Part shown: positions 54,400-64,000 of the stretch, piece after piece
Layout of the letters: each line of letters starts with the position of its first letter
Position numbering within the stretch: position 1 is the stretch's first letter
Source: Chloroflexota bacterium
GTDB lineage: Bacteria > Chloroflexota > Dehalococcoidia > Dehalococcoidales > RBG-16-60-22
Assembly: GCA_016190695.1 (NCBI GenBank)
Contig: JACPQC010000020.1
Coordinates: 19,907-83,906 of the forward strand
DNA: 64,000 bases
Direction of reading: 5' to 3'
Position numbers and translations under genes: made by a program
Notes under the pieces: model-generated
What the model was told of the DNA's origin: nothing
Databases searched by the model: none
Seen by the model: only the letters and a program-made list of their open reading frames with translations

Positions 54400-55263
54400 C
54401 TACCGCCTGCTAAATCTCACGAATATGGCGATCAGACCGGCCACTACCAGCAGGATGATGGCCACGCCCACCCATCCCCAGATAGTAGGGCTTTCAACAG
54501 TTACCCTGATCCTGATCTCATCGGCGGTGACCTGCTTCCCGGAAGCCCTGACGCCCACTATGTAGTCGCCGGCAATGGTCTCCGGCGGCGGCTTTATGGT
54601 GATATCCACTGAAAGCTCGTCGATCGGCTCCAGGGTCTCTATCCGGTCAGGATTGAACTCCACCGTCCAGCCCTCCGGCTTGGTGGTGGTGAAATTGATG
54701 TTCTCCACCGCCCCGGTACCCAGGTTCTGCACCTTGACGGCATAGACGTTGTCCCTGCCGGCAGTGGCATTGGTGTTAAAACGCTGTTCTATTGCCGGCA
54801 CGACAAAGAGGTTGTACCTGTTGGTCACCACGGCGATAAGGTCAACGCTGCCCTTGATGTCGCCGGAGGTTGCCTCAACGGTGATCTTGTACTCCCCCGG
54901 CTCAGGGAGCGGCCAGAACGGGGCGCTGGCGGCCACCCTGACCTTGTTGCTGAAGCCAAAGCCCGGTTCGAGCCTGATAGCCGAGAGCTTCTTCTCTTTC
55001 TCAAAGGTCGGCGTTATGGCCACAGTCCAGCGCTGGGGCGCTGTCGTCTTGAGATTGAACCCGGCGGCCTTCTCGGCGACATACTTGAACTCAACCTCGA
55101 ACTCGAAGCTCTCCCCGGCGATGCCCTCCAGCTTGGGATAGGTAGGGGCCAGCTCGATAGATGGTTTGAACTCCTCCTCTTCCTGGGCGAATACGGCCAG
55201 GGGCAGGGCCACAACCAGCATGGCCGCCATCAGCAGACTAAACACCAATCTTGACAATCTCAT
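54400..55263 (-). CDS. secreted NEW3/COG1470-like repeat protein with C-terminal TM anchor
   Basis: 287 aa. Signal peptide, two beta-rich repeats (WTVAITP..., WTVEFNPDRI), terminal TM helix. This type of protein commonly precedes ABC-2 exporters. Confidence 0.5.
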   Translation of the reverse strand: MRLSRLVFSLLMAAMLVVALPLAVFAQEEEEFKPSIELAPTYPKLEGIAGESFEFEVEFKYVAEKAAGFNLKTTAPQRWTVAITPTFEKEKKLSAIRLEPGFGFSNKVRVAASAPFWPLPEPGEYKITVEATSGDIKGSVDLIAVVTNRYNLFVVPAIEQRFNTNATAGRDNVYAVKVQNLGTGAVENINFTTTKPEGWTVEFNPDRIETLEPIDELSVDITIKPPPETIAGDYIVGVRASGKQVTADEIRIRVTVESPTIWGWVGVAIILLVVAGLIAIFVRFSRR

Positions 55264-55393
55264 TACCTCGCCACCTCGTAAATCTGATGATATATGAAAA
55301 GTGTACCCTCGAATTGTTAAAAAAATATTAATAGTTTCTTAGATTTGCCTGATAAAATCGATAGTAAATTATAATCGACGCATCGGGAAATTA

Positions 55394-56515
55394 TCAAGTC
55401 TCCAGCGGGTGCCGGGGACGGGCGGTCAGCGCGGCGTCAATGCTGGTCTCTTTCAAGGCACTGGTGAGCTGGGCCAGTTGCTGCTCCAGTTGCCCCATGC
55501 GCCTCTCCAGGTCATCCTGGCCGGTATGCGCCTGGTTGGCTCCGGCAGGGAAAGGCGCCAGCGGCTCGTAGGTCTGCTGGCTGACATTGACGTTGAGCAG
55601 GTCCCATCGGTTGTAGTATCCGGTCAGGTTGTTGGCAAAGCGGGTCTTGTCGATGGCCGAGAGGTCGATATCGCCGTAGACTATGGTCTCCTCGTCGAAC
55701 ACCGGCCCGGCGATGTAGTTCCCGTGGGGCCCGATGATGCCGCTGCCGCCCCGTATCGAGCCGGGGATGTTGAAAAAGCTGTTGCTGTAAAAGTTCCGGG
55801 GCATGTCCTTATCAGGCATATAGGTGGCGCTGAGCACCCCGAAAAGGTGGCCGATGCGGCACATCGTCCTGGTGACCTGGTCGGCGAAGTCCTCGATGCC
55901 CCTGGTGCCCGGCCAGAGAGAGCAATGTACCTGGAGTCCCTGCATCAGCCAGTTGTGCTGCAGGGTAAGCTGGATGTGCTCCCCGCAGATCGAGCCGCCG
56001 AGGTGGCCTATCTCGGTGTCGAAGACAGTTTTCAGGTTGTCCCCGCCATCTCCGGCGGCGTGGAAGAGGCGCTCCTGCACGGTGATACATATCTTGCGGT
56101 GAAGGCCGAGCACCCTGCCCTGGGGACTGAGGTAGAGGATGGAGTTGTACATCCGTCCGGGCAATGTCCGGTCGCGCTCGTTTATGCCCATGACCACGTA
56201 GGCGCCGGCCTGTTTGGCCGCCCGGCAAAGCGCCTCGGTCTCCGGGCCGGGCACCTCGATGGAACTCCACAGGTAGTGCGCCCACAGCTCGTAGAAGGCG
56301 GGGCGTTCGGCAAGGTCCAGCGACCAGTAGGCATAACAGGGCAACCAGGACTCGGGGAAGACGATGAGCCTGGCCCCGTGCCCGCCAGCCTCGGCGATGA
56401 GGCTGACCGCCTTGTCCAGGGTCGCCTCCAGGTCAAACCACTGCGGGGCGTCTTTGACTACGGGACTGGCCTGCACGGCCGCCGCTTTGTACCGGGGAAA
56501 GTCAGGGATGGACAT
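55394..56515 (-). CDS. carbon-nitrogen hydrolase (nitrilase-type)
   Basis: 373 aa. Catalytic triad contexts FPESW (Glu), LHRKI (Lys), SICGEH (Cys). About 45-aa C-terminal coiled-coil-like tail. Confidence 0.8.
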   Translation of the reverse strand: MSIPDFPRYKAAAVQASPVVKDAPQWFDLEATLDKAVSLIAEAGGHGARLIVFPESWLPCYAYWSLDLAERPAFYELWAHYLWSSIEVPGPETEALCRAAKQAGAYVVMGINERDRTLPGRMYNSILYLSPQGRVLGLHRKICITVQERLFHAAGDGGDNLKTVFDTEIGHLGGSICGEHIQLTLQHNWLMQGLQVHCSLWPGTRGIEDFADQVTRTMCRIGHLFGVLSATYMPDKDMPRNFYSNSFFNIPGSIRGGSGIIGPHGNYIAGPVFDEETIVYGDIDLSAIDKTRFANNLTGYYNRWDLLNVNVSQQTYEPLAPFPAGANQAHTGQDDLERRMGQLEQQLAQLTSALKETSIDAALTARPRHPLET

Positions 56516-56642
56516 ATAACCACCTCCCGGAATGGGCTACTGTCAATTATATATATCATGGGACGTGATGCTGTCAACCGGCGCACAGGTGCTGCAACCG
56601 GCGACAGGAAATCTTGAGCGCGGGATGACAGCATCCCAAAGG

Positions 56643-56799
56643 TTGAGGCTGTCCGAAAATAATAGGGTTGTCATGCTGGAGTCCCGACAGGTCGGGACGA
56701 AGCATCTCAGAGAAGGGTGGGGAAACCCTTGTTACCCCCCACCCTGAGATTCTTCAGTCGCTACGCTCCCTCAGAATGACAGTTTTGGGACAGCCTCAA
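56643..56799. repeat. palindromic intergenic element, family B copy 3 (inverted orientation, with extra outer arms)
   Basis: Outer arms TTGAGGCTGTCCGAAAA / TTTTGGGACAGCCTCAA. The reverse complement of the inner right arm is TGTCATTCTGAGGGAGCGTAGCGACTGAAGAATCTCAGGGTGG, about 40 of 43 identical to the copy 1 core. Confidence 0.65.
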
Positions 56800-56822
56800 T
56801 AAGCGCCTAAACCCTTCCCCGG

Positions 56823-57821
56823 CTACCCGGCCAACAACTCCCTGACCTTGCTGGTGAAGGCGGGCAATATCTTCTTCCAGTCACCGACCACGCCGAAGCG
56901 GGCCTCCTTGAAGATATTGGCCTCCGGGTCCTTGTTTATGGCCACGATGGTCTTGCAACCGGAGCAGCCGCTCATGTGCTGGCTTGAGCCGGAGATGGCC
57001 ACGGCGATATACAGTTCCGGGGCCACTATCTTGCCGGTGAGACCGATCTGGATGGTCTCCGGCGCCCAGCCGTTGTCGCAGGGGGGACGGCTCGCCCCCA
57101 CCGCACCCTTCAGCGCCCGGGCCAGCTCCTCGAGCTGTTTGAAGCCATCAGCGCTGCCGATGCCGCGCCCTCCGGCCACCACCGATTGGGCGTCTTCCAG
57201 CTTTATCCCTTCCACCGCTTCCACCACCCGGTCGATCACAGCGGTCCGCACCGCCGCCGGGTCGATGCCAGCGCTGATATTGATGACCTCTCCTTTCCTG
57301 GAACCGTCGTGCACGGCAGGGGTCATAGCCTTGGTCCTGATGGTGGCGATCTGCGGGTCAGTATCGCTGGTGAAGATGGCGCGGGCGTTGCCGCCGTAGA
57401 CGGGCTTGGTCTGGAGCAACCGCCTGGTTTGGGGGTCAATGGCCAGGTCCACGCAGTCCAGGGCGGCGGTGCAGTCCAGCCTGAAGGCCAGCCTGGGGGC
57501 CAGGTCGCGGCCAATGGCTGTCTGTCCCATGACGACCACCTGGGGCGCGGCCTGTTTCACCGCTTTCTCCAGGGCGGCCAGGTAAGCATCCATACGATAG
57601 TCTTTGAGCGCGGGGTCGTCGATGGTGTATGCTTTGTCCGCGCCGAGGGCAATAGCCTCCTGGGCCAGCCCGCCGACGCCTTCCCCGATCAGAACGGCGT
57701 TGAGTTCCCCCCCCAGGTCATCGGCCAGCTTGCGCCCGGCCCCAAGTCCCTCGGCGGCTATAGATGACAGCTTGCCGTTGCCGGCTTCGCAGAAGACCAT
57801 AACGCCTTTGTGTTCAGTCAT
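56823..57821 (-). CDS. etfA: electron transfer flavoprotein alpha subunit
   Basis: ORF 56823..57947, start moved to ATG 57821 (MTEHKGVMVF) after GAGGAGGAAAAG. FAD-binding PELYIAVAISGSSQHMSG. Confidence 0.9.
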   Translation of the reverse strand: MTEHKGVMVFCEAGNGKLSSIAAEGLGAGRKLADDLGGELNAVLIGEGVGGLAQEAIALGADKAYTIDDPALKDYRMDAYLAALEKAVKQAAPQVVVMGQTAIGRDLAPRLAFRLDCTAALDCVDLAIDPQTRRLLQTKPVYGGNARAIFTSDTDPQIATIRTKAMTPAVHDGSRKGEVINISAGIDPAAVRTAVIDRVVEAVEGIKLEDAQSVVAGGRGIGSADGFKQLEELARALKGAVGASRPPCDNGWAPETIQIGLTGKIVAPELYIAVAISGSSQHMSGCSGCKTIVAINKDPEANIFKEARFGVVGDWKKILPAFTSKVRELLAG

Positions 57822-57865
57822 GATTTTCTCTTTTCCTCCTCGGCTATAAACATCGACGAGGGATT

Positions 57866-58672
57866 TTACAAAACTTTGGCTTCCCTCAGTTTCAGGGCCA
57901 GGTTCGCCCCGGCTTCCTCCGGTGTATCCCCCTCGACCATCTCGCATTTGCCTTCGCGCACCGGCTGGAACAGCTTGAGCATGGCGGCACGCCGCCCGGC
58001 AGCGCCGAGCAAAGCCGCATCCAGACCGATGTCGGCCGGTTTCCAGACTACCGGCTCCTTCTTCTTGGCGGCCATGATGCCTTTTATGGTGGGATAACGT
58101 GGCTCGCCAACCTCGTTGCTGACGGTGACCAGGGCGGGCAGGCTCATCTCGATCACCTCGTAGCCATCGGCGGTGACCCGCTCAACCCTGGCCTTGCCGT
58201 CGACGATGTCTATCTTCTTGACCAGGGTGACGCTGGGCAGTCCCAGTAGCTCGGCGATGCCCGGCCCGACCTGACCGGCATTGGTGTCGGAGGCCTCCCG
58301 GCCGCAGAGGATGAGGTCATACTCTCCCAGCTTCTTGATGGCGGCGGCCAGCGCCCGGGCGGTTGACCAGCTATCGCCGCCGTCGAAAGTGGGGTCTTCA
58401 AGCAGGACAAGCTCGTCCGCACCCATTGACAGCGGTTTCTTGACCACTTCGCGCAGCAGGTTGACTCCCAGGCTGAGGGCGGTGACCTTGCCTCCGCTCG
58501 CGTCTTTTATCCGCAGGGCTGCCTCCACCGCGTACTCGCCGTAGTGGTCGATCACCGGTGGCACGCCTGCCTGGACCGCCTTGTTGGTGGCGGCATCTAT
58601 CTTGAAGCTGGCTGGCGGCGCTTCGGGGTCGATCACCTGCTTAACGCAGACCACCATGTTCATAAGGCTCAC
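57866..58672 (-). CDS. etfB: electron transfer flavoprotein beta subunit
   Basis: 268 aa, MNMVVCVKQVIDPEAPP. Confidence 0.9.
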   Translation of the reverse strand: MSLMNMVVCVKQVIDPEAPPASFKIDAATNKAVQAGVPPVIDHYGEYAVEAALRIKDASGGKVTALSLGVNLLREVVKKPLSMGADELVLLEDPTFDGGDSWSTARALAAAIKKLGEYDLILCGREASDTNAGQVGPGIAELLGLPSVTLVKKIDIVDGKARVERVTADGYEVIEMSLPALVTVSNEVGEPRYPTIKGIMAAKKKEPVVWKPADIGLDAALLGAAGRRAAMLKLFQPVREGKCEMVEGDTPEEAGANLALKLREAKVL

Positions 58673-58880
58673 TCCTCCTTAACTGATCACGTCTTCTGTC
58701 ACAAAAAGCCCAGTCAACTTTATCATCACAGGTTGATTGTGTCAAGTTGCGGTAGCCTCATTGAGCGGTTCTGCCAACTGCGTCCATAACGTCTTGCGGT
58801 TGATGCGCCCTGTCAAAGCTGCTATGCTTTTGCTGAAGGACAAAGATACGGCCACGCTTCCCCGCGGTGACATGGCATAA

Positions 58881-59762
58881 GTGTATCAGTCTAAACTCAA
58901 GCAGGCAGGAAGACCCGTGACCTACGAGATACGCCGCATGACCGAAGAGGACTCCCGGCTGGCCTGGGAGTGGTCCGTCAGGGAAGGCTGGAACCCGGGG
59001 CGGCACGACCGGCGGATGATGACCGCCATTGACCCGGCGGGCTGTTTCGCCGGCATCCTGGACGGCGAGATGGTCAGCAGCATCACCGCCGTCAGCTACC
59101 AGGGGAAATATGGCTTCCTGGGCATGTACATGGTATCCCCGGGGCACCGCGGGCGCGGCTACGGCCTGGCCATCTGGGAGCGCGCCCTTCACTACCTCAG
59201 AGGGGAGGTGGGGGTGGACTGCACCGGCCTGGACGGGGCGCTGGCCTATGCCCCCCTTTACCGCAGCTCCGGCTTCAGCGCCAGCTACCGCATTTGCTCC
59301 TACCGGCTCTCCGTCGACCAGCTATTCCAGAGGGCATGTCCCGCCGTAGAACGGCGCCACTTTGACGATATCCTGGCCTATGACCTCAAGGTGTTCAAAG
59401 TGGGCCGCGCCTCCTTCCTGAGCGATCTCCTCTTCAATGTTGAAGCGGTTACGGCTGCGGCCTTCTCCGGCGGAAGGCTGACCGGTTTCGCCGCCGCCCG
59501 CCCCTGCCAGAACGGATATAAGCTGGGGCCGCTGTTCGCTGACGATGCCGGAATTGCCGCAACGCTGCTGGAATCGCTGCTGGCCGACCTCCCCGGCGAG
59601 ACGGTTTTCATCGAGGCGCCCGAGCCGAATATCGAGTCCGTGGAGATGGTGACCGGTTACGGCGCAGAGCCTGGCTCGGTGACGGAAAGGATGTACTCCG
59701 GCGATGGCTACCACCAGGACATCCGCTACGTCTACGGGAACACTACCCGCACCGTTGGTTGA
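58881..59762 (+). CDS. GNAT family N-acetyltransferase (YitH-like, two-domain)
   Basis: IRRMTEEDSRLAWEWSVREGWNPG, acetyl-CoA motif HRGRGYGLAI. In-frame GTG 58917 after AGGAAG is an alternative start. The 3' end overlaps the convergent prmC by 20 nt. Confidence 0.75.
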   Translation: MYQSKLKQAGRPVTYEIRRMTEEDSRLAWEWSVREGWNPGRHDRRMMTAIDPAGCFAGILDGEMVSSITAVSYQGKYGFLGMYMVSPGHRGRGYGLAIWERALHYLRGEVGVDCTGLDGALAYAPLYRSSGFSASYRICSYRLSVDQLFQRACPAVERRHFDDILAYDLKVFKVGRASFLSDLLFNVEAVTAAAFSGGRLTGFAAARPCQNGYKLGPLFADDAGIAATLLESLLADLPGETVFIEAPEPNIESVEMVTGYGAEPGSVTERMYSGDGYHQDIRYVYGNTTRTVG

Positions 59763-60609
59763 GGGCGGGGAGCGGCAGCATCAGGCCGGCCACGCGGTCG
59801 ATACCGGCCAGGTCGGGCCATATTCTCACCTCTCCCCGGGGAAAGACCTGGCGCAGCAGCGCGGCTACAGCTTCACCCTGCCCCTGGCCTATCTCAAGTA
59901 GAAGACTGCCGCCGGGCGTGAGCCGGTCTGCGGCCTGATGGGTGAGCCGGCGGACCTGGTCGAGGCCATCAGGCCCCCCATCCAGCGCCAGGACAGGCTC
60001 GAAGCTGAGCGGCCCCGTCGCTGGCAGGTCAGACCGCCGGACATAGGGCAGGTTGGCAACTATCAAGTCGACCGCCTCCGGCAGCGGGGCGAGCAGGTCT
60101 CCCTCCAGCAGGCGGACTCTGCCCTCGACGCCATGCCTGAGGCAGTTCAGCCGGGCCGCCTCCAGCGCCGGTGACGATATATCAATGGCATAGATGACGG
60201 CCCCGGGCAGGTTTATCGCCAGGCTTACCGCGACCGCGCCGCTGCCGGCGCCGATGTCCGCGATAGTGGAGTAGCCGCGCCTGCGGGCAAGTTCAATGGC
60301 CTGCTCCACCAGCAGCTCCGTCTCCGGCCTGGGGATGAGTACGCGGCGATCGACCTGGAAATCAAGTCCGTAGAACTCGCGACGGCCGGTGATATAAGCT
60401 GACGGCTCGCCGGCCAGGCGGCGTTCGACCAGTCCCTGGTAATTCTCGAACTCGGCCGGGGTGAGATCGCGCCCCATCTCCAGGTAAAGCTGGCTGCGCT
60501 CGATGCCCAGCGCGTGCCTCAGCAGCAGTTCGCCCTCGAAGGCGGCATCTTCTACGCCCCCGGCAGCGAGGCATTGCCACGCCCGGGCCAGGGACTGCCC
60601 CAGGGTCAT
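59743..60609 (-). CDS. prmC: release factor glutamine methyltransferase
   Basis: 288 aa. SAM motif DIGAGSGAV and NLPYV (NPPY-type). 4-nt overlap with prfA. Confidence 0.9.
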   Translation of the reverse strand: MTLGQSLARAWQCLAAGGVEDAAFEGELLLRHALGIERSQLYLEMGRDLTPAEFENYQGLVERRLAGEPSAYITGRREFYGLDFQVDRRVLIPRPETELLVEQAIELARRRGYSTIADIGAGSGAVAVSLAINLPGAVIYAIDISSPALEAARLNCLRHGVEGRVRLLEGDLLAPLPEAVDLIVANLPYVRRSDLPATGPLSFEPVLALDGGPDGLDQVRRLTHQAADRLTPGGSLLLEIGQGQGEAVAALLRQVFPRGEVRIWPDLAGIDRVAGLMLPLPALNQRCG

Positions 60610-61676
60610 GCCGGCTGCGCCTCCAGTTGCCTGGTCTGCTCGGTGGTGGCCAGGGTGTCAATCATCTCGTCGATCTCCCCCTCCATGATGCGCGGCAGAT
60701 TGTGGAGAGTCAGGCCAATACGGTGGTCGGTGAGCCGGTCCTGGGGGAAATTATAGGTGCGAATCTTCTCAGCACGTTCGCCACCACCCACCTGGGAGCG
60801 CCGCTCCTGGACAATCTTCTCTTCCTGCTGGCGGCGCTCGATGTCCAGCAGCCGGCTCCGCAGTAGCGACAGTGCCTTCACCTTGTTCTGAAGCTGGGAG
60901 CGCTCATCCTGGCAGGCGACGACCATACCGGTGGGCATATGGGTGATGCGAACGGCCGTGGCCACCTTGTTCACGTTCTGGCCGCCAGCGCCGCCGCTGT
61001 GGAAGATGTCAATTCTCAGCTCATCCGGGTTTATGGATATGTCAACTTCCTCGGCTTTGGGCAATACTGCTACCGTGGCTGTCGAGGTGTGGATCCGCCC
61101 CGAGGCCTCGGTCAGCGGTACCCGCTGCACGCGGTGGACCCCCCTCTCGTACTTCAGCCGGCTGAAAGCGCCGCGCCCCTTTATCTCAAAGATGACCTCT
61201 TTGAAGCCGCCCTTGCCGCTTTCGCTGGCGCTTATTATGTCAATTCCCCAGTTTCTGGACTGGGCGTAGCGGCTGTACATGCGGAACATGTCAGCGGCGA
61301 ACAGGGCCGCCTCCTCGCCGCCGGTACCGGCCCGTATCTCCATGATGATGTCCTTCTGGTCATTGGGGTCTTTGGGCAACAGCGCCGCTTTGAGTTCCGC
61401 ATGGAGACGCTCCAGGCGGGATTCCAGACCGGCTATCTCCTGCCTGGCCAAGGCGGTCAGTTCCTCATCCAGGCCATCATCAAGCATGATCCTGGTATCG
61501 TCAAGCTCTTTTGCCGCCGCTTTGTACTCGCGATACCTGGCCACCGTTTCCTCGATGCCGGCCCGTTCCTGGGCCAGCGACTGCAGTTGCTTCAGGTCAG
61601 GGGCGACCTCCGGCCGGGACATCAGCCGTTCTATCTCCTCATAGCGTTTCTCAATATTTTCCAGTCGTTCCATCAT
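60606..61676 (-). CDS. prfA: peptide chain release factor 1
   Basis: ORF 60606..61715, start moved to ATG 61676 ([14 protein letters not shown]) 7 nt after AGGTGA. GGQ motif [14 protein letters not shown]1 PxT context [17 protein letters not shown]. Confidence 0.93.
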   Translation of the reverse strand: MMERLENIEKRYEEIERLMSRPEVAPDLKQLQSLAQERAGIEETVARYREYKAAAKELDDTRIMLDDGLDEELTALARQEIAGLESRLERLHAELKAALLPKDPNDQKDIIMEIRAGTGGEEAALFAADMFRMYSRYAQSRNWGIDIISASESGKGGFKEVIFEIKGRGAFSRLKYERGVHRVQRVPLTEASGRIHTSTATVAVLPKAEEVDISINPDELRIDIFHSGGAGGQNVNKVATAVRITHMPTGMVVACQDERSQLQNKVKALSLLRSRLLDIERRQQEEKIVQERRSQVGGGERAEKIRTYNFPQDRLTDHRIGLTLHNLPRIMEGEIDEMIDTLATTEQTRQLEAQPA

Positions 61677-61888
61677 GTTCAAATCACCTGCCCGCAAAAT
61701 TATATCACGTGCCATGACACAGGCTCAAAGACTATGTGCGAGTCTTTAGTCTGATTTCAGGACTAGGGAAAATATTATTCTTTCATCGCATTGCCAGATA
61801 GCCAGCCAGACCAAAGGTTCTGCTTGGCAAAAGGTGCGCAATCAGGTACTATAGAGAGTATCCTCTGGCATTTTATGAAAGGCGGTCT

Positions 61889-62488
61889 ATGGGAACCAGA
61901 AAAGACCTGGCGAGGCTGACTTCCTACGTGCTGAACCCGTACCTGGTCAGCCTGGCGACGATCATATTGCTTTCTTACAAGTCGGCGGAGAGCGCCGCCG
62001 AGGGTTTCAAATGGTCTCTGGTGCTCACCGGGGGCATGGTGGCGCCGGTGCTGGCGATAATCGTCTACCTGGTCTACAGCAACCGGATCGAGAGCGCCTT
62101 CGCCAACGTGCGCAGCCAGAGGAACCTGGTCTACCTGGTGGCCAGCGGCTGGAGCGCCCTGGGTATTGCAGTGCTGGTCTACTTGCGAGCGCCAACGCTG
62201 CTGATCGCAGCCCAGGTGGCTGTGGTTGCGGCGCTGGTGGCCTTCATGGTGATAAACCTGGCCTGGAAGATAAGCCTGCATACCGCGTTCATTGCCGCAG
62301 CCACCGCCATGCTGACGGTGACCTACGGGCCGGCCGGGGCAATGACCGCCGCGCTGCTGCCGCCAGCGGCCTGGGCCAGGGTGGAGCTGGCCTGGCACTC
62401 TCCGGCGCAGGTGACCGCCGGCGCGCTCCTGGCCGGGGGTATCGTGGCGGCGGTGTTCCACTTTTTCGGTGTCATGAACCCGGCCTGA
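61889..62488 (+). CDS. PAP2-like membrane phosphatase superfamily protein (tentative)
   Basis: 199 aa, 5-6 TM helices. WKISLHTAF and WHSPAQVTAGAL resemble PAP2 motifs C2/C3. Confidence 0.35.
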   Translation: MGTRKDLARLTSYVLNPYLVSLATIILLSYKSAESAAEGFKWSLVLTGGMVAPVLAIIVYLVYSNRIESAFANVRSQRNLVYLVASGWSALGIAVLVYLRAPTLLIAAQVAVVAALVAFMVINLAWKISLHTAFIAAATAMLTVTYGPAGAMTAALLPPAAWARVELAWHSPAQVTAGALLAGGIVAAVFHFFGVMNPA

Positions 62489-62530
62489 CGATTGACAGCG
62501 CATGGGACTCCCGCTATAGTGGAGTAAGCC

Positions 62531-64000
62531 ATGTTAGCCAAAGTGAGAAGCTGCGCCACTATCGGGCTGGATGGGGCCATCGTCGAGGTAGAGGTGGACA
62601 TCTCCAGCGGCCTGCCCGCCTTTTACATCGTCGGCCTGCCGGATGCCGCCGTCCAGGAGGCCAAAGAGCGGGTCCGGGCGGCCATCCGCAACTCCGGTTG
62701 CGCCTTTCCCATGAGACGGATAGTGGTCAACCTGGCCCCTGCCGATCTGAAGAAGGCCGGCCCGGCCTATGATCTTCCCATTGCCATCGGCGTCCTGCTC
62801 AGCTCCGAACAGGTAAGCGCTGACGTGTCACGGACCATCTTCCTCGGCGAGCTATCCCTGGATGGCAGCTTGCGGCACACCAACGGCGTCTTGCCCATGG
62901 TGGCCCTGGCCCATCAGGAAGGGATTCCGAATGTCATTTTGCCTGAGACAGACGCCCCCGAGGCATCGCTGATAGAAGGCATCAGCGTCCTCCCCTTCGC
63001 CTCGCTGTCCCAGTTGGTCAGCCATCTCAGGGGTGAGGCAGTGATACCGGAATACCGGCAGCGAGAGGCGTGGCAGTACAGTCCGGACCAGTCCGCCGAT
63101 CTCGCCCATATAAAGGGGCAAGAGCACGTCAAGCGGGCGCTGGAGGTGGCTGCCGCCGGAGGGCACAACATGATAATGTGCGGACCGCCCGGCTCGGGCA
63201 AGACGATGCTGGCCCGCTCGCTCCCGTCCATATTGCCGCCCATGATCGCTGACGAGGCGATCGAGGTCACCAAGATCTACAGCGTGAGCGGCCTGCTCCC
63301 CCAAGATACCCCGCTGATGCGCCACCGGCCCTTCCGCTCCCCGCACTATACTATCTCCGGCGCCGGCCTGGTCGGGGGCGGGCACTGGCCCAAGCCCGGC
63401 GAGATAAGCCTGAGCCACCGCGGAGTGCTCTTCCTGGACGAGCTTCCCGAGTTCGGGCATGGCACGCTGGAGGCGCTGCGCCAGCCCCTGGAGGACAAGG
63501 TGGTGACCATCAGCCGCGCCCAGGGAAGCGTCACCTTCCCGTCCAACTTCATGCTGGTCGGCGCGATGAACCCCTGTCCCTGCGGCTATTACGGGGACGC
63601 CTTTCACCAGTGCACCTGCCCGCCCAGCACGGTGTCCCGCTACCAGAGGCGGATCAGCGGGCCTTTCATGGACCGGGTGGACATACACGTTGATGTGCCT
63701 CACATCGACTATGAGAAACTGGCCGATGACCGGCTCGGGGAAAGCTCGGAGCGGGTGAGGGCCAGGGTGTTGGCCGCCCGCACCATCCAGCTTGTCCGCT
63801 TCGACGGCAGCGGCATGACCAGCAATGCCGAGATGACCCCCGCCGAGATAAGGCAGTTCTGCCCCCTGGACGAGCCGGCGCGCGGCCTGCTCAAGGCGGC
63901 CATGAAGCAGCTTTACCTTTCGGCGCGGGCCTTTCACCGCATCATCAAGCTGGCCCGCACCATCGCCGACCTGGAAGGCATGGAGACGATAAAGGCCCAG
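62531..64000 (+). CDS. YifB/ComM family Mg-chelatase-like AAA+ ATPase, C-terminally truncated by the window end
   Basis: Own translation from ATG 62531: MLAKVRSCATIGLDGAIVEVEVDISSGLPAFYIVGLPDAAVQEAKERV... Walker A GPPGSGKT, Walker B VLFLDELPEF. Open to position 64000, so absent from the ORF track. Confidence 0.9.
   Translation, partial: MLAKVRSCATIGLDGAIVEVEVDISSGLPAFYIVGLPDAAVQEAKERVRAAIRNSGCAFPMRRIVVNLAPADLKKAGPAYDLPIAIGVLLSSEQVSADVSRTIFLGELSLDGSLRHTNGVLPMVALAHQEGIPNVILPETDAPEASLIEGISVLPFASLSQLVSHLRGEAVIPEYRQREAWQYSPDQSADLAHIKGQEHVKRALEVAAAGGHNMIMCGPPGSGKTMLARSLPSILPPMIADEAIEVTKIYSVSGLLPQDTPLMRHRPFRSPHYTISGAGLVGGGHWPKPGEISLSHRGVLFLDELPEFGHGTLEALRQPLEDKVVTISRAQGSVTFPSNFMLVGAMNPCPCGYYGDAFHQCTCPPSTVSRYQRRISGPFMDRVDIHVDVPHIDYEKLADDRLGESSERVRARVLAARTIQLVRFDGSGMTSNAEMTPAEIRQFCPLDEPARGLLKAAMKQLYLSARAFHRIIKLARTIADLEGMETIKAQ

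Noticed and set aside
62852-63937. 361-aa ORF on the minus strand
   Set aside because: It lies entirely antisense to the clearly recognisable YifB/ComM gene (Walker A/B motifs on the plus strand). Its Arg/Gly/Ala/Pro-rich composition is typical of shadow ORFs in GC-rich DNA.

Overview
GC-rich bacterial chromosomal segment, roughly 55-60% GC judged by eye on sampled lines, densely coding on both strands. I infer a Chloroflexota/Dehalococcoidia-like organism. The evidence is Pro/Ala-rich linkers in several lipoproteins and a serine-recombinase remnant overlapping the 3' end of ssrA, as in Dehalococcoides ssrA islands.

Contents in order:
- DegV/FakB (partial), FakA-like DAK2 protein and rpmB.
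- An arginine operon, argJ-argB-argD-[alpha/beta-hydrolase-like ORF]-argG-argH, on the minus strand.
- A PK_C-like protein and a clan GH-A-like lipoprotein.
- A NarL-type two-component pair, a TehA/TDT-family transporter, and a VWA lipoprotein-ECF sigma-anti-sigma operon.
- A corrinoid methyltransferase supercluster at 21.2-30.1 kb: B12-binding protein, URO-D/MtaA-like methyltransferase and a DUF1638-like::histidine kinase fusion. These converge on corrinoid protein, non-Pyl MttB-family methyltransferase, TAXI binding protein and fused TRAP permease.
- A low-GC IS6-like element with passenger ORFs and a MITE-like partner at 30.2-32.6 kb.
- An OmpR-type two-component pair, divergent from a translationally coupled operon from 34970 to 43702. 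It encodes USP-like modules (two fused to MrpE) plus an Mbh-ordered Mrp antiporter module with three NuoL/M/N-like subunits.
- A decayed ssrA-linked island: VapC/AbrB pair, a 386-aa membrane protein and a truncated serine recombinase.
- tmRNA, smpB and xerD.
- Housekeeping and miscellaneous genes: nitroreductase, SpoIIM-like protein, EF-G paralog, ABC-2 transporter with NEW3-like protein, nitrilase, etfBA, GNAT, prmC, prfA, PAP2-like protein and YifB/ComM (runs off the window end).

Two families of palindromic intergenic repeats and one phased direct-repeat array are visible. I saw no CRISPR array, rRNA or tRNA gene.

The candidates I rate most worth follow-up:
- the DUF1638-like::histidine kinase fusion
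- the USP::MrpE fusion with its phased operator-like array
- the IS6-like tandem element and its unknown membrane cargo
- the ssrA island remnant

All family calls come from motif recognition by eye, not from database searches.
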